A stretch of 64,000 bases of DNA from assembly GCA_963662665.2 (NCBI GenBank), contig CAXXJS010000040.1:64001-128000 (forward strand), in the 5' to 3' direction. Position 1 is the first letter of the stretch, and each line of letters begins with the position of its first letter. The DNA comes from Candidatus Latescibacterota bacterium (lineage in GTDB: Bacteria > Latescibacterota > UBA2968 > GCA-2709665). Under the pieces are notes generated by a model. It made no database searches. It saw only the letters and a program-made list of their open reading frames with translations, and was not told the DNA's origin. A program made the position numbers and the translations under genes. This document shows positions 8,241 to 18,116 of the stretch, piece by piece.

Positions 8241-11012
8241 TTATCGGGGTGCTTTTCTCACCCAGAACAGCCCTTCCTTGGTCGCCTGATGACCACTGTT
8301 TACGTCCTTTACGGTCATGCGGACCCTGCGGCGCCCCGGGGCTGCCTCCCCGATGTCAAGCGCCACATAGTCTGAAACCGACGGCTCGGCGCCCGTTTGT
8401 TCGTACCTCACGGTAACCGCCGATTCCGACCGTCCCAGGACCCTCGTCTTCACGCGTGAAAGGCTGGCCCCGCTCTCGTCGGTGCTGTAAACCTCATAGG
8501 CCACCTCGTAGCGCGTGGCGCCAAAATCGTCCTGCGCGAGGTTGTAGATTTCGAAAAAGACGAATACGTGCTGGCCCGCGTTGAATACATGCGAAGGAAG
8601 CGGTGTGATGTTCCATTTTCCGCGGACGAACCGGGGGTCCGATCCGGGCATTGCCACCTCCACCCGCCGGGCAACGAACAGATCGCTCAGCTTCAGCCGT
8701 TCGCCTGAGTAGTCTTCCACGGACAGCTTTTGCGAATAAGCCTGGAGGCGATTCGTATTGTGGCGCTGAACCTGCACGGCCAGTTCGTATTCCCCCGGCA
8801 GAACATCCAGGAGGTCCACCCTGTCCAGTAACGCCCGGTCACGCCGCCGCCCCGAAACCGGCACGTCCAGATCCAGCTGTAAGGCCAACACCTTTTTGTA
8901 TCGGCCGTCCATGAGCGCCACCCGCCGATTGACCACTACGTCATTGTCCGTGTCCGTGGGAAGAGCGACGTTCTCAATGGGAATGCCCACGTTTACCTGG
9001 ACCTCGGTGCCATCGTTTTTCCCACGGAAAGTGACCACGTCGTAGCTGAAGTCGAGGGGCTCGAAAGCCGTCAGGCTGAATCGCTCCGGCTCCTCTCTGG
9101 ATACAGCAGCGATCCGTGTTGATGGTGCGAGTTCCGCGAGCCGCTGCATCAGGCGCACGTAGGCCATCTGACCCACGTGAGGGTCCTTATCGAGGTTCTT
9201 GAGATCCTGGCTGCTCACGCCCGGCACCGGCGCATAGTCGTATACACCTGAGTTCCGTTCATCCGTGAACGCGACTTCCAGACCCTTTCCCACGTCCGCG
9301 TACACCCAGACCTCCCAGGGTACCGACGCCCAGTTGTGCCCCGTCGTAACCGGCTTCCATCCGCTCAACCCGATGGCAAATTCAGGATCCAGATCGATGC
9401 CCGCCTGTATGGGAGAATCTTCGAGGTCCACCAGTTCCTGCGGCGCCGCAGCCGGATTGCCTCCAGCGCCCGGGTCGGCCTGATCGGGCGCAAACACCGC
9501 GAGGCCGAGTTCGTCGATTACGGCCGACTGCAAGTCGCGCCGGACGTCTTCGCTGGGTTCCAGAAAGGAACCCAGATCGGTACGAATGGGAAATACGGGC
9601 CCAACGAAGCTGATGCCCACGCCCTGGGCGCCATAGAGCTGGTAGGCCATATTGTCCTGAACGCGTTCAACGGCGGGAGGAACCTTCGGATTAGGCTGCA
9701 GCGAAGAGGACCGGTAGTCCGGCGCCCCGTACCGGATGTACACCTCTCCTCGCCGGTCCCAGGGCCACTTCAGCGTTCCGTACTTCGTTCGGGCATACCA
9801 GACCCGTCGATTGTGCTCCACCCGTCGCATCGCTCCCCGTGACGCCTTGAACGGGTCGTGGCGGAGCCAGAAGCGCTGCAGAAATGCCGTCCGCTTTTCG
9901 GGGGGTGTATTGCGATAGGCTTCGATTTCCCGGGGCAAGCCCACCAGCGACACATCCTGGTAAAGCGCCTGCTCTTCGGGATCGAGGCTTTCGATGTAGA
10001 TCTCGAACGCGCGCAGCGCGCCTTCGTAATTGCCCCTCGCCATCAACGCTTGCGCCAATAGCGGCAGCGCGAGGTCGTTGGTCATCAGGGAAGCAAGTGT
10101 TTCGACCTCTTTGAATTTTTCCTTCTCCAGCAACTCTCCGGCAAATGCCAGCGCCGCCGCCTGGTCCGCCGGCTTCAGTTCCAAGTATTTTTCGAAGTAA
10201 ACCATGGCGCCCTGCACGTTGCCCTCCTCCCGGTGGGCCTCGGCCAGCAACAGGTGGGCGGGCGCTATCCGGGCGTCGTATTGAAGCGCACGGTCCGCGG
10301 ACTGTCTCGCCCCCGGGCGCCCGGTTTCCTGATAGACGCGGGCAAGCAGATAGTGCGCCCGGGCATACGTGGAATCGGCACGCAGCGCGGCTTCCAGATG
10401 GGGCAAGGCGTCCGCCGCGTTACCTTCCAGTTCGAGGGCTACCCTGCCCAGACCGCAGTGCGCCGCGGCCAGTTCCGGGTCGAATTCCACCGCCCGTTCG
10501 AACGCGGTGCGCGCGCTGTCCGCCGCACCTGCTATCAGATGCGCCCGTCCGACCTGCTCGAGAGCCCGGGGCATATAGGTGTACGACCACGTATACGTGG
10601 AGTCGGCACGCAGCGCGGCTTCCAGATGGGGCAAGGCGCCCGCCGCGTCACCTTCCAGTTCGAGGGCTACCCTGCCCAGACCGCAGTGCGCCGTGGCCAG
10701 TTTCGGATCGAACCCCACGGCGCGTTCAAATGCCGACCGCGCTTCGCGAGCCATCCCCACCCGCAGATAGAGCATGCCGACCCGGTTCAGAACGAGTCCG
10801 GCGTGGTCCGGATGGTCGACAAGCGCCCGTTCCAACGCTTTCGCGGCCGCCACTACCGCCGGCACGTCACGGGCTTTCAGTCCCCTCGCGTACACGGCAT
10901 CCAGTTCAGACCAGGGCGTTCCGGCAGCCGGCGCGTTTGCCGGCCATTGCCCGGCGACAATCAGCGCGCCGCAAAGGAAAAGGCGCGCAAGCAGCCACCG
11001 CGGATCACCCAT
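8241..11012 (-). CDS. TPR repeat + GWxTD-domain protein
   Basis: Signal peptide, TPR repeats, FWLRHDP...EHNRRVWYA...WDRRGEVYIRYGAPD...WEVWVY signature of the GWxTD domain. Confidence 0.8.
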   Translation of the reverse strand: MGDPRWLLARLFLCGALIVAGQWPANAPAAGTPWSELDAVYARGLKARDVPAVVAAAKALERALVDHPDHAGLVLNRVGMLYLRVGMAREARSAFERAVGFDPKLATAHCGLGRVALELEGDAAGALPHLEAALRADSTYTWSYTYMPRALEQVGRAHLIAGAADSARTAFERAVEFDPELAAAHCGLGRVALELEGNAADALPHLEAALRADSTYARAHYLLARVYQETGRPGARQSADRALQYDARIAPAHLLLAEAHREEGNVQGAMVYFEKYLELKPADQAAALAFAGELLEKEKFKEVETLASLMTNDLALPLLAQALMARGNYEGALRAFEIYIESLDPEEQALYQDVSLVGLPREIEAYRNTPPEKRTAFLQRFWLRHDPFKASRGAMRRVEHNRRVWYARTKYGTLKWPWDRRGEVYIRYGAPDYRSSSLQPNPKVPPAVERVQDNMAYQLYGAQGVGISFVGPVFPIRTDLGSFLEPSEDVRRDLQSAVIDELGLAVFAPDQADPGAGGNPAAAPQELVDLEDSPIQAGIDLDPEFAIGLSGWKPVTTGHNWASVPWEVWVYADVGKGLEVAFTDERNSGVYDYAPVPGVSSQDLKNLDKDPHVGQMAYVRLMQRLAELAPSTRIAAVSREEPERFSLTAFEPLDFSYDVVTFRGKNDGTEVQVNVGIPIENVALPTDTDNDVVVNRRVALMDGRYKKVLALQLDLDVPVSGRRRDRALLDRVDLLDVLPGEYELAVQVQRHNTNRLQAYSQKLSVEDYSGERLKLSDLFVARRVEVAMPGSDPRFVRGKWNITPLPSHVFNAGQHVFVFFEIYNLAQDDFGATRYEVAYEVYSTDESGASLSRVKTRVLGRSESAVTVRYEQTGAEPSVSDYVALDIGEAAPGRRRVRMTVKDVNSGHQATKEGLFWVRKAPR

Positions 11013-11044
11013 ACGCCGTCATCTCCTCGGGAAACAGAACACTG

Positions 11045-11190
11045 GTGTCCTGTCCTAAAAATATCTCACCATTCGACCGCCGATTCATCCCGTCTCGCTA
11101 CGTTGGGCCGACCTGCCCAGGTCGGAGGTGCCTTGCGAGCCGGTCGACTCGACGGCCAAATTTAGGCAACTTATTTCTGGGACAGAACAC
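11045..11190. mobile_element. MITE-like element, copy 1
   Basis: Terminal inverted repeats GTGTCCTGTCC / GGACAGAACAC; first ~60 bp nearly identical to 28479..28641; no transposase. Confidence 0.75.
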
Positions 11191-11255
11191 TAGGCGGCCC
11201 TGTCGCGTTAACCAAAGCCGCCTAGCGGTTTGACTCGAACTGCGCTTCCTTGCGA

Positions 11256-12230
11256 TCAGAACGACCCTGTCACGGAAAACCGCAGGGTCGCACCATTGTC
11301 GGGGAACTTGTCGAACTTCACGTAGGCAAAATCCGCCTGTACGTGATGAATGCCGCGCTGCAGCCGGACGCCTGCACCGGCAGTGACGTCCTGCACGTCG
11401 TAGCCCAGCTTGTAGCCGGCCCGAAGCGCGACGATGTTCCGCAGCCAGAGCTCCGCCCCCGCGTGCATCCGACGCTCGACGCTCACGCTGTAGAGCGCCT
11501 CGATCGCTCCAGTCAGGGAGACGTCGTCACCCCGCTCCCCGTAGACCTCCGCCGCGGTCGCCATACTGAAGAAAACAGGCATCTTCCCCTTGATGGCTTC
11601 GTCGGTCAGGAGCACCAGGTCCTTTCCGAAGTTGCGCAGCGACATGCCGATACGCAGACTTCGGTATCCGGTATGGTAGAAGGTACCGACCGCCAGGTCG
11701 AAGACGCGGTAGTCGTAGCCCCTGTCCAGTTTTTCCTCGATAACCCGCGCCTGGAACCCCACGGAGAAGCGCTCCGTAAACTGCCTGGCATAGACTCCGC
11801 CAACCGCCCAGCTTCCGGTGTCCAGGATCCGGCCCGTCCCCTCCGGACTGAATATGGTAGTTTCCTCGATATCGCCTGTGTCGAACGCCACCAGGCTGAC
11901 TGCCAGAGCGCCGTAGTCGGTATTGACGCCGATCGCCGCAGAGTTCAATTGGGAATCAAGGAGCCACCTGGTGTTTGTGAACGCAAACTGCAGCCGGTTG
12001 CGGGTCATGGCCGTGAGCCCGCCAGGATTCCAGAAAACGGAATTGATGTCGTCCGCCACGGCAACGTAAGCGTCTCCCATCCCTGCGGCGCGTGCGCTCT
12101 GGGATATTTCGAGGAAAGCCGCGTAGGTCTCGCCCACCGGGGTCTGGTTGGAAATTTCGGCCAACGCCGGGGCGCCGAGAACGAGGACGCCCACAAGCGC
12201 CGTAAAGCCGATCCGATAAATGCGCCTCAT
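11256..12230 (-). CDS. PorV/PorQ-family outer-membrane beta-barrel protein
   Basis: FLEISQSARAAGMGDAYVAVADD..SVFWNPGGL signature; C-terminal beta strand ending in Phe. Confidence 0.82.
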   Translation of the reverse strand: MRRIYRIGFTALVGVLVLGAPALAEISNQTPVGETYAAFLEISQSARAAGMGDAYVAVADDINSVFWNPGGLTAMTRNRLQFAFTNTRWLLDSQLNSAAIGVNTDYGALAVSLVAFDTGDIEETTIFSPEGTGRILDTGSWAVGGVYARQFTERFSVGFQARVIEEKLDRGYDYRVFDLAVGTFYHTGYRSLRIGMSLRNFGKDLVLLTDEAIKGKMPVFFSMATAAEVYGERGDDVSLTGAIEALYSVSVERRMHAGAELWLRNIVALRAGYKLGYDVQDVTAGAGVRLQRGIHHVQADFAYVKFDKFPDNGATLRFSVTGSF

Positions 12231-12240
12231 GGCGACCTCC

Positions 12241-14769
12241 TTAGCGAATGATGACCAGCTTTGCGCCCTTCACCTCGCCCTGGGATTCGGATAACAGGGA
12301 CTCGACGGTGACAAAATAGACGCCGAAGGTCAGCTGCGTGATATGCGTTCTGTTGAACTGGAAGAAGGCCGCCTCACCCTCTGTCTGCGAATCGTGGTCT
12401 ACCTCGCCCACCAGGTCGCCGGCCACGGAGAAGATCCGGATCTTGGCCTTTCTGGGCACGTTCAGGATGCGGATCTTGGTTGAGCCCTCGTACGTGTGCG
12501 GCGACTCGGGGATATAGGGGTTCGGCACAATGAGAATGTCCTTTTCCAGCCGGTCCGCAGTTGCGGTGGGTACCTGAACCGGGCTGTCTGGCGCCGACCC
12601 CGTAGGGGGCAGATAGTAGGTGGAAACGTCTCCGATGCCGGACTCGAAGGCCCGGACCCCGCCCTCCACGGTGGCGCCGGTAACCCGGCTGGCGAATCCG
12701 GTGTTGGCGCTACCCTGGTAGGAACGCACGGCATAATAGTACTGGAATCCCGCGAGCGACTCCGTGTCTTCGTACTGATATTCCGCCGAGCCGTTCGCCG
12801 GTACGTCCTGGATCATTTTCCAGATGCCGGGCTGGGTCTCGGACTGGTACACCCGGTAGCCCGCCACGTCTGACTGCCCGGTATCCGGGTTGATCGACTT
12901 CTCGGGGTCGCCCTTCCAGGTGATCAGATTGCGGGCATTCTCGGAGGACGTCACCGTCGCGTCCACGTCGGGGGGCTGATTGGGCAGGTCGTAACCCAGC
13001 GCGTAGGCCTCCCTGGCCTTTTGCAGGTGGTTGAGCAGGTTGGTGAACGCGGCCCCGTTCTCCTCCTTCTTGAGTTCGCTGGTGTCGCCCGACTTCTGGT
13101 AAGCCCGGAAATTCTCCGTAACCGGGGCGGCCGCAACGTAGGCGAATACGAATTTCACCTTCTGGCCGGGCGCCAGGTCGTAAGGGCCGTAGGTTTCCGC
13201 CGGGGTATAGGCGCCGGAGATTCCGTGCCGTCCCTCCCATTCCCACGAGGGGATCGGCATATACGGCATGGGGCCGACAGGGACCTCGGGAATCGGAAGC
13301 AACGGCACACCGAGGTTGGGGTTGCCGGACCCCCGGCTCGGGCGCTCCAGGAGCGGCTCGTTGAAGTAGGACGGGTCCGGCGTGCTGACGAGCATCTGGT
13401 ACAGCGTTTCGTGGTTCATCTCATTCGGGTTCGGTTCGTCCGTGAGGAACCCGATGGCGTCCGACGCGCTGGACGGATATCTATACAGAAAATGGAAGAA
13501 ATTGTACGCGAACGGCTGCTCCGGTACCTTCGGCGCCTCGTAGGTCTCAGGATCGCCCGCGAACCCGTCCGTCGGGTCCACGTCCAAGGGGGCCTTGCCG
13601 ATCCAGGCCGGCGAGGTGACGTCTCCAACGCCGGTCAGGCTGGGGAAGGTGCACTGAGCGCACCTGTGTTCGGAGCGGTACGGGTCTCCGATATCGTCGG
13701 ACAGCGGCCCTGTAAGGCAGAAGTTGTCCCAGTCGTACTGGTAGGTCAGCCGCAGGCCGCGGGCGGAGGCCGGACCGTCGTAATTCGGCGCCTCGGTATA
13801 CTTGATCTTGTCGTCCTGGGAATTGTCCAGGGGTCCGAAATTACTGCTGCAGCCGTCTCCCGTGCCGTAGTCGGAATAGTAGGCCCTGTAACTGGTACGG
13901 GAGACGCCCGCGGAAGACGTCATGAACCGGTGATGGAACGAAAAATAGACATTGCTGAGATTGTGGCCGCCGCCCGCAAGATCGGCCGCCCGGTCGCCGT
14001 CCGTATCGCCGGTGTTCTCGAATACCCACTCCGTGATCACGAAGTCGTCGTAGTCCGGGTGGTTCCAGGCAAAGGCCGCCTTCTCACCGGTGATGCCCAG
14101 CCCGGTGGTCCACTTGCTCAGAACGATGTCTTCCGGAAAGTTGTCCGCGGAAACGTCGTTGTACTGGCCGATGCGGTAGTTCAGAATCTCCCTGGGTTCC
14201 AGCGCGTCCAGTTCAACACCGGTGCCGGGCCACCAGTTGCCCATGGAACGCCCCGAATTGGGGCTGACCACGTCGTTGCCCAACCCGGCGTACTTGCCCT
14301 TGAAGTCCACGCCGGGATCCACCGCCATCGCCACCACGTCTTCGCTTTCCTCCATCGCCGAGATGAGCGGGTCGGCCCAACTCACCTTCGCCTCGCCGTT
14401 CAATTTCGTGGCGATCCACCATCCGTGCCCACGCCCGTTGTGCGACGTGAGATCCACGTGCATGCTGCCGGCGCTGCGCTGTTCCCCGTAGTAGGCCGAA
14501 AAGTCGTTCGTTCCGCCGCCGCCCCAGCTGATCAGCGCAAACCCCGGATAGGCCAGGTCCAGGTAAAGACCGGCATAGTTCCCTTCGACCGGCCGCGCGC
14601 CCTCCGCACCGGTGCTTAGAAAACTGTGCCAGAGGGTGCCGCGCGCAAGGTGCCGGGGCGTGAGCGACTCACCGGCCAGGTTGGAGACGGTCGCCCTCTG
14701 ACCCTCGGCCGGAATCCAGAACACGCCTGCGATCAATAGCGCGCCAATCAATATGAATATGCGTCTCAT
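12241..14769 (-). CDS. Large secreted protein with FN3-like domain and T9SS C-terminal sorting-like domain
   Basis: Signal peptide; DVAGYRVY...YYYAVRSY FN3-like; C-terminal IVPNPY...KIRIFSVAGDLV...GVYFV...KLVIIR. Confidence 0.75.
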   Translation of the reverse strand: MRRIFILIGALLIAGVFWIPAEGQRATVSNLAGESLTPRHLARGTLWHSFLSTGAEGARPVEGNYAGLYLDLAYPGFALISWGGGGTNDFSAYYGEQRSAGSMHVDLTSHNGRGHGWWIATKLNGEAKVSWADPLISAMEESEDVVAMAVDPGVDFKGKYAGLGNDVVSPNSGRSMGNWWPGTGVELDALEPREILNYRIGQYNDVSADNFPEDIVLSKWTTGLGITGEKAAFAWNHPDYDDFVITEWVFENTGDTDGDRAADLAGGGHNLSNVYFSFHHRFMTSSAGVSRTSYRAYYSDYGTGDGCSSNFGPLDNSQDDKIKYTEAPNYDGPASARGLRLTYQYDWDNFCLTGPLSDDIGDPYRSEHRCAQCTFPSLTGVGDVTSPAWIGKAPLDVDPTDGFAGDPETYEAPKVPEQPFAYNFFHFLYRYPSSASDAIGFLTDEPNPNEMNHETLYQMLVSTPDPSYFNEPLLERPSRGSGNPNLGVPLLPIPEVPVGPMPYMPIPSWEWEGRHGISGAYTPAETYGPYDLAPGQKVKFVFAYVAAAPVTENFRAYQKSGDTSELKKEENGAAFTNLLNHLQKAREAYALGYDLPNQPPDVDATVTSSENARNLITWKGDPEKSINPDTGQSDVAGYRVYQSETQPGIWKMIQDVPANGSAEYQYEDTESLAGFQYYYAVRSYQGSANTGFASRVTGATVEGGVRAFESGIGDVSTYYLPPTGSAPDSPVQVPTATADRLEKDILIVPNPYIPESPHTYEGSTKIRILNVPRKAKIRIFSVAGDLVGEVDHDSQTEGEAAFFQFNRTHITQLTFGVYFVTVESLLSESQGEVKGAKLVIIR

Positions 14770-14830
14770 GAAATTTCTCCCTGCCTGTTTGTGCCGGGAC
14801 GGCCGGGCCGCCCCGGCATCGTATCTATTC

Positions 14831-17800
14831 CTAGAAGCCGATCCGCACGCCCGCGTTCACGTATCTCGGCGTTCCGCCGCGCCTGAAGTTCGAGTCGCCG
14901 TACTTCAGATAGTTGGTGTCGTTCGGCGTGGGCTTCTTCAGGCCCCATCGGACGTAATTGGACCCCGAAGACGGGTCGTAAAAGGTGTTGAAGAGGTTGA
15001 ATACCTCCACGTACATCGTTGGGGTGGTTGTACCAATCCGGAACGACTTCTGGAAGTTCAGGTCCGTCCGAACGAAAACCGGCCGGTTCCGGGCAGTCTG
15101 TACGCTCGTTCCCGGAAGGGTGATCTGGAATTGCTGCCCGTTGTCCAGCCGCCAGACCACGTTGGCCTGGATGCCGCCCAGAATCTTTGCGCCGCCCACG
15201 TCTCCGCCCGGCCCCCAGTCCATTGGCGTGGACCAGAGGAACTGGAAGGAGGCATTCGTGGTTGGCGGCTGCCCGCGGAACGCGTCCACCTGGCGCCAGA
15301 CGTCCGCGAACCAGAGGTTCTGCATCTCCTGCTTCTCGGATTCGCTCAGGCCGGGATATTCATGCCAGGGACGTATCGCATCGATCCGGTTTGTTCCCCA
15401 CGCCCCGACGAACGTCGTCCCCTCCTGTTGCTTTTTCCGGATCACTTCGTTCGCCCTGTGGCCGATCGTCCGGATTTCTTCGTCGGTCAGACGGACAATT
15501 TCGTCGTTCGCATCGACCGTGAAGTATTTCGAACTGGCAATGTAGTTGGAGTCGGGGTACGTCCAGACCTGAAGCTGGGATCCGCCCGACCAGTTGAAGA
15601 GCGCCCAACTCACGTCCAGCCCAACCCGGAAGGAGAAATTGTGGGAGAAGGCCTTGGTGAAACCGACTTCGATTCCCTTGGTTTCGAGGCGGGCGTTCGG
15701 ACCCCTGTGGCCCACGTAGGCGAGGGTCTGGATGGGATCCTGGAACCGGTGCACGCCACCGGAACCGACCCGCTCGGTCCGGCGGTAGTAGGTGGACAAC
15801 TCCACCACGAAATCGCTGATGAAGTTCCACTCGCCGGTCACCTCGAACTCGGCGGTGTTCGGCAACCCGCCCGGATCCTGGTAACCGCCGTCCAGTCGCC
15901 ACTGACCGCCGCCGATCCAGTTCAGATCGAACCAGACGTCATCCAGTTCGGGGTGGTTCTCGGCGTCGGAAGTGGTCCAGGGCTCCAGCCACAGCAGGGA
16001 AAATTGCGGTGGCTTGTAGTACACGCCGTATGAGTACCGCACGGTGGACCGATCTGTGATCGGATGGGACAGGCCGATCCGCGGCGACAGGCTCGTCATC
16101 GGCCGGGTCTTCGCCAGCGGCACCCGCCCCGTGCGCCAGGCCTTATAGGTTCTCCAGCCCGGCAATGCCTTCATAAAGCCGGACAACGTCCGCTCGGGCC
16201 CGCCCCAGAAGCTGTCGAAGCGCAGGCCGGCGTGCAACACCAGGCCCTGGAACTCCAGCTTCTCGTCCACGTACGCCGCCAGCCGGTTCACCGTATACCG
16301 CTTGCCCGGTTCGCTGTTCCCGGCCATGATCTTGATCGTGGCGTTGGTCGCGCTGGACCGGTTGTAGTCCCAGTTGAGGTTGTTCATATTCTGGAACACG
16401 AACCCGGCCTTGAACAGATTCCGCCGCGTAAGCTGTCCGGTGAAGTCGTACCGGAGGTTGTACCTCTGGTTGTCTTCCACCACGATGCGCCTGCGGTCCC
16501 TGTCTATATTGAATTGACCCAGTTTGTCCCGTCGCCAGGACGTCGTCGTGGAAGGTACGTCTTCGCCCGGATCGGTCTTCGTACCGTAGTATCCCACCTG
16601 GAATTCGTGGAACATCCGGGGGTTGATGCTCTGCGTTCCCGTTACGTAGAAAATCCGGTTGACCCGGTTCTGCTGGTACCCTGTCGTGCCGTTGATGAGG
16701 AAGAGGTTGCCCCCCACCGACCTGTTGGCGTCTCCAAAGAACGTCGGCTCGTTGGACTGGTTGAAGCCCACCTTGACCTTGAGGTTGGGCGACGGGGTAA
16801 AGCTGACTTTTCCGAAGATGCTATGCTGCCGCAGCCCCGTCAGCGTGGGCGCGGGCAGATTCTGTTTGGAGCGGCTGGTCTTCCCGCTCACCACAAAGGT
16901 GGCGTTCTCGCCAAGCGGGCCGGTGACCCAGCCTTCCACGAAGTGCCCGACGGAACCCTCGTAGTCCTGCTTGACGTGGATCTGCTGTCCGGTTTCCGGA
17001 TCTTGCTCGTTCACCCATTCCGGATTGTTCCACTGCAGCCGGTCGCGCCAGTACCCGTTCGCCCCGCCCCGCTGCCCCGGCGTGGCTTCGTACACGTTCG
17101 GACCGCGGTGCCGTTTCCCCGGCAATTCCACCCGAAGGTCCAGGCCGCCGCGGTAAATCCGCGAGCCCTCCCGGCTGATGATGTTTACCACACCCGCGGG
17201 CGACGACGCCTGCGAGGCATCCGCCCCGCCCCTGACCAGCCCCATCTCCCCGACGGCGGTTACCGGCAGGTTCGAGTACTGCCTGGGGGCCGTCTGCTGG
17301 GACGTATCCAGGTTCATCAATTCAATGCCGTCGAAGGTCCAGGTCTGCGCCGCGCGCATCGAATAATAGCTCATGTGACGGATGCGCACGCCGTTGCCCG
17401 GGCTGTCGTTCACGTTCGTGCCCACGGCGTACTGCAGGTGCTCCCGGATCCCTCTGATGATGGGTACCTGTTCGATTTCCTGCGAGGATATCTTCGCCTC
17501 GCTTGAAGTCCGGTCCACCTCCACCAGCGGCCGTTCGGCCCTTACCACGATCTCGGCGGCCTCCAGCGCCGATTCCCGGAGCGTGAAATCGGACACCGTT
17601 GTCAGGCCCGCCGCCACCCTGACCCGCTCCCGCACCACCGCCTCGTAACCCACTATCGATGCCTTCAGGGTGTATAACCCGGGCTCGACACCGATAATGA
17701 CGTAATAGCCTTCGCTGTCGGACGTCGCTCCGAATCGCGTCCCGTCGACCACCACGTTGGCTCCCGGCAAGGCGCCGCCGTCCGGGTCGGTCACCTGTCC

Positions 17801-17893
17801 TGTAATCTTGCCGTAAAAGGTCTGGGACTGCGCCGGCCCCGCCAGCAGGCATAACGCCGCAATTGCGCCCAAAATCGTTAGTCCACGCTTCAT
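14831..17893 (-). CDS. TonB-dependent receptor with carboxypeptidase-regulatory-like N-terminal domain
   Basis: Start MKRGLTIL at 17893 behind AAGGAG; GKITGQVTD..ALPGANV; GVVNIISREG plug; SPRIGLSHPIT; ends PRYVNAGVRIGF. Confidence 0.88.
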   Translation of the reverse strand: MKRGLTILGAIAALCLLAGPAQSQTFYGKITGQVTDPDGGALPGANVVVDGTRFGATSDSEGYYVIIGVEPGLYTLKASIVGYEAVVRERVRVAAGLTTVSDFTLRESALEAAEIVVRAERPLVEVDRTSSEAKISSQEIEQVPIIRGIREHLQYAVGTNVNDSPGNGVRIRHMSYYSMRAAQTWTFDGIELMNLDTSQQTAPRQYSNLPVTAVGEMGLVRGGADASQASSPAGVVNIISREGSRIYRGGLDLRVELPGKRHRGPNVYEATPGQRGGANGYWRDRLQWNNPEWVNEQDPETGQQIHVKQDYEGSVGHFVEGWVTGPLGENATFVVSGKTSRSKQNLPAPTLTGLRQHSIFGKVSFTPSPNLKVKVGFNQSNEPTFFGDANRSVGGNLFLINGTTGYQQNRVNRIFYVTGTQSINPRMFHEFQVGYYGTKTDPGEDVPSTTTSWRRDKLGQFNIDRDRRRIVVEDNQRYNLRYDFTGQLTRRNLFKAGFVFQNMNNLNWDYNRSSATNATIKIMAGNSEPGKRYTVNRLAAYVDEKLEFQGLVLHAGLRFDSFWGGPERTLSGFMKALPGWRTYKAWRTGRVPLAKTRPMTSLSPRIGLSHPITDRSTVRYSYGVYYKPPQFSLLWLEPWTTSDAENHPELDDVWFDLNWIGGGQWRLDGGYQDPGGLPNTAEFEVTGEWNFISDFVVELSTYYRRTERVGSGGVHRFQDPIQTLAYVGHRGPNARLETKGIEVGFTKAFSHNFSFRVGLDVSWALFNWSGGSQLQVWTYPDSNYIASSKYFTVDANDEIVRLTDEEIRTIGHRANEVIRKKQQEGTTFVGAWGTNRIDAIRPWHEYPGLSESEKQEMQNLWFADVWRQVDAFRGQPPTTNASFQFLWSTPMDWGPGGDVGGAKILGGIQANVVWRLDNGQQFQITLPGTSVQTARNRPVFVRTDLNFQKSFRIGTTTPTMYVEVFNLFNTFYDPSSGSNYVRWGLKKPTPNDTNYLKYGDSNFRRGGTPRYVNAGVRIGF

Positions 17894-18116
17894 ACGCCAA
17901 CTCCTTCGCTGAAGAACCCATCGACCATTCCACCGGTCAACGCCAGGAAACGGGCGCCGCCGGATCGGATATGCGGATGGAAAGCTCAGTGTACGGTCAA
18001 ACCCTCGAATTCGCCTTGTATAGTGATCCTCTCCATAGGCAGTCGTCCTCATTGAAAAACCGGTTAGAGTGGATTCAAGCAATCCTCAATGTCCCGTCAC
18101 GGAAATACGTTGTCTA

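Noticed and set aside
17894-18116. Cobalamin or other riboswitch upstream of the TonB-dependent receptor
   Set aside because: No B12-box or other conserved riboswitch motif recognised by eye; an Rfam scan would settle it.
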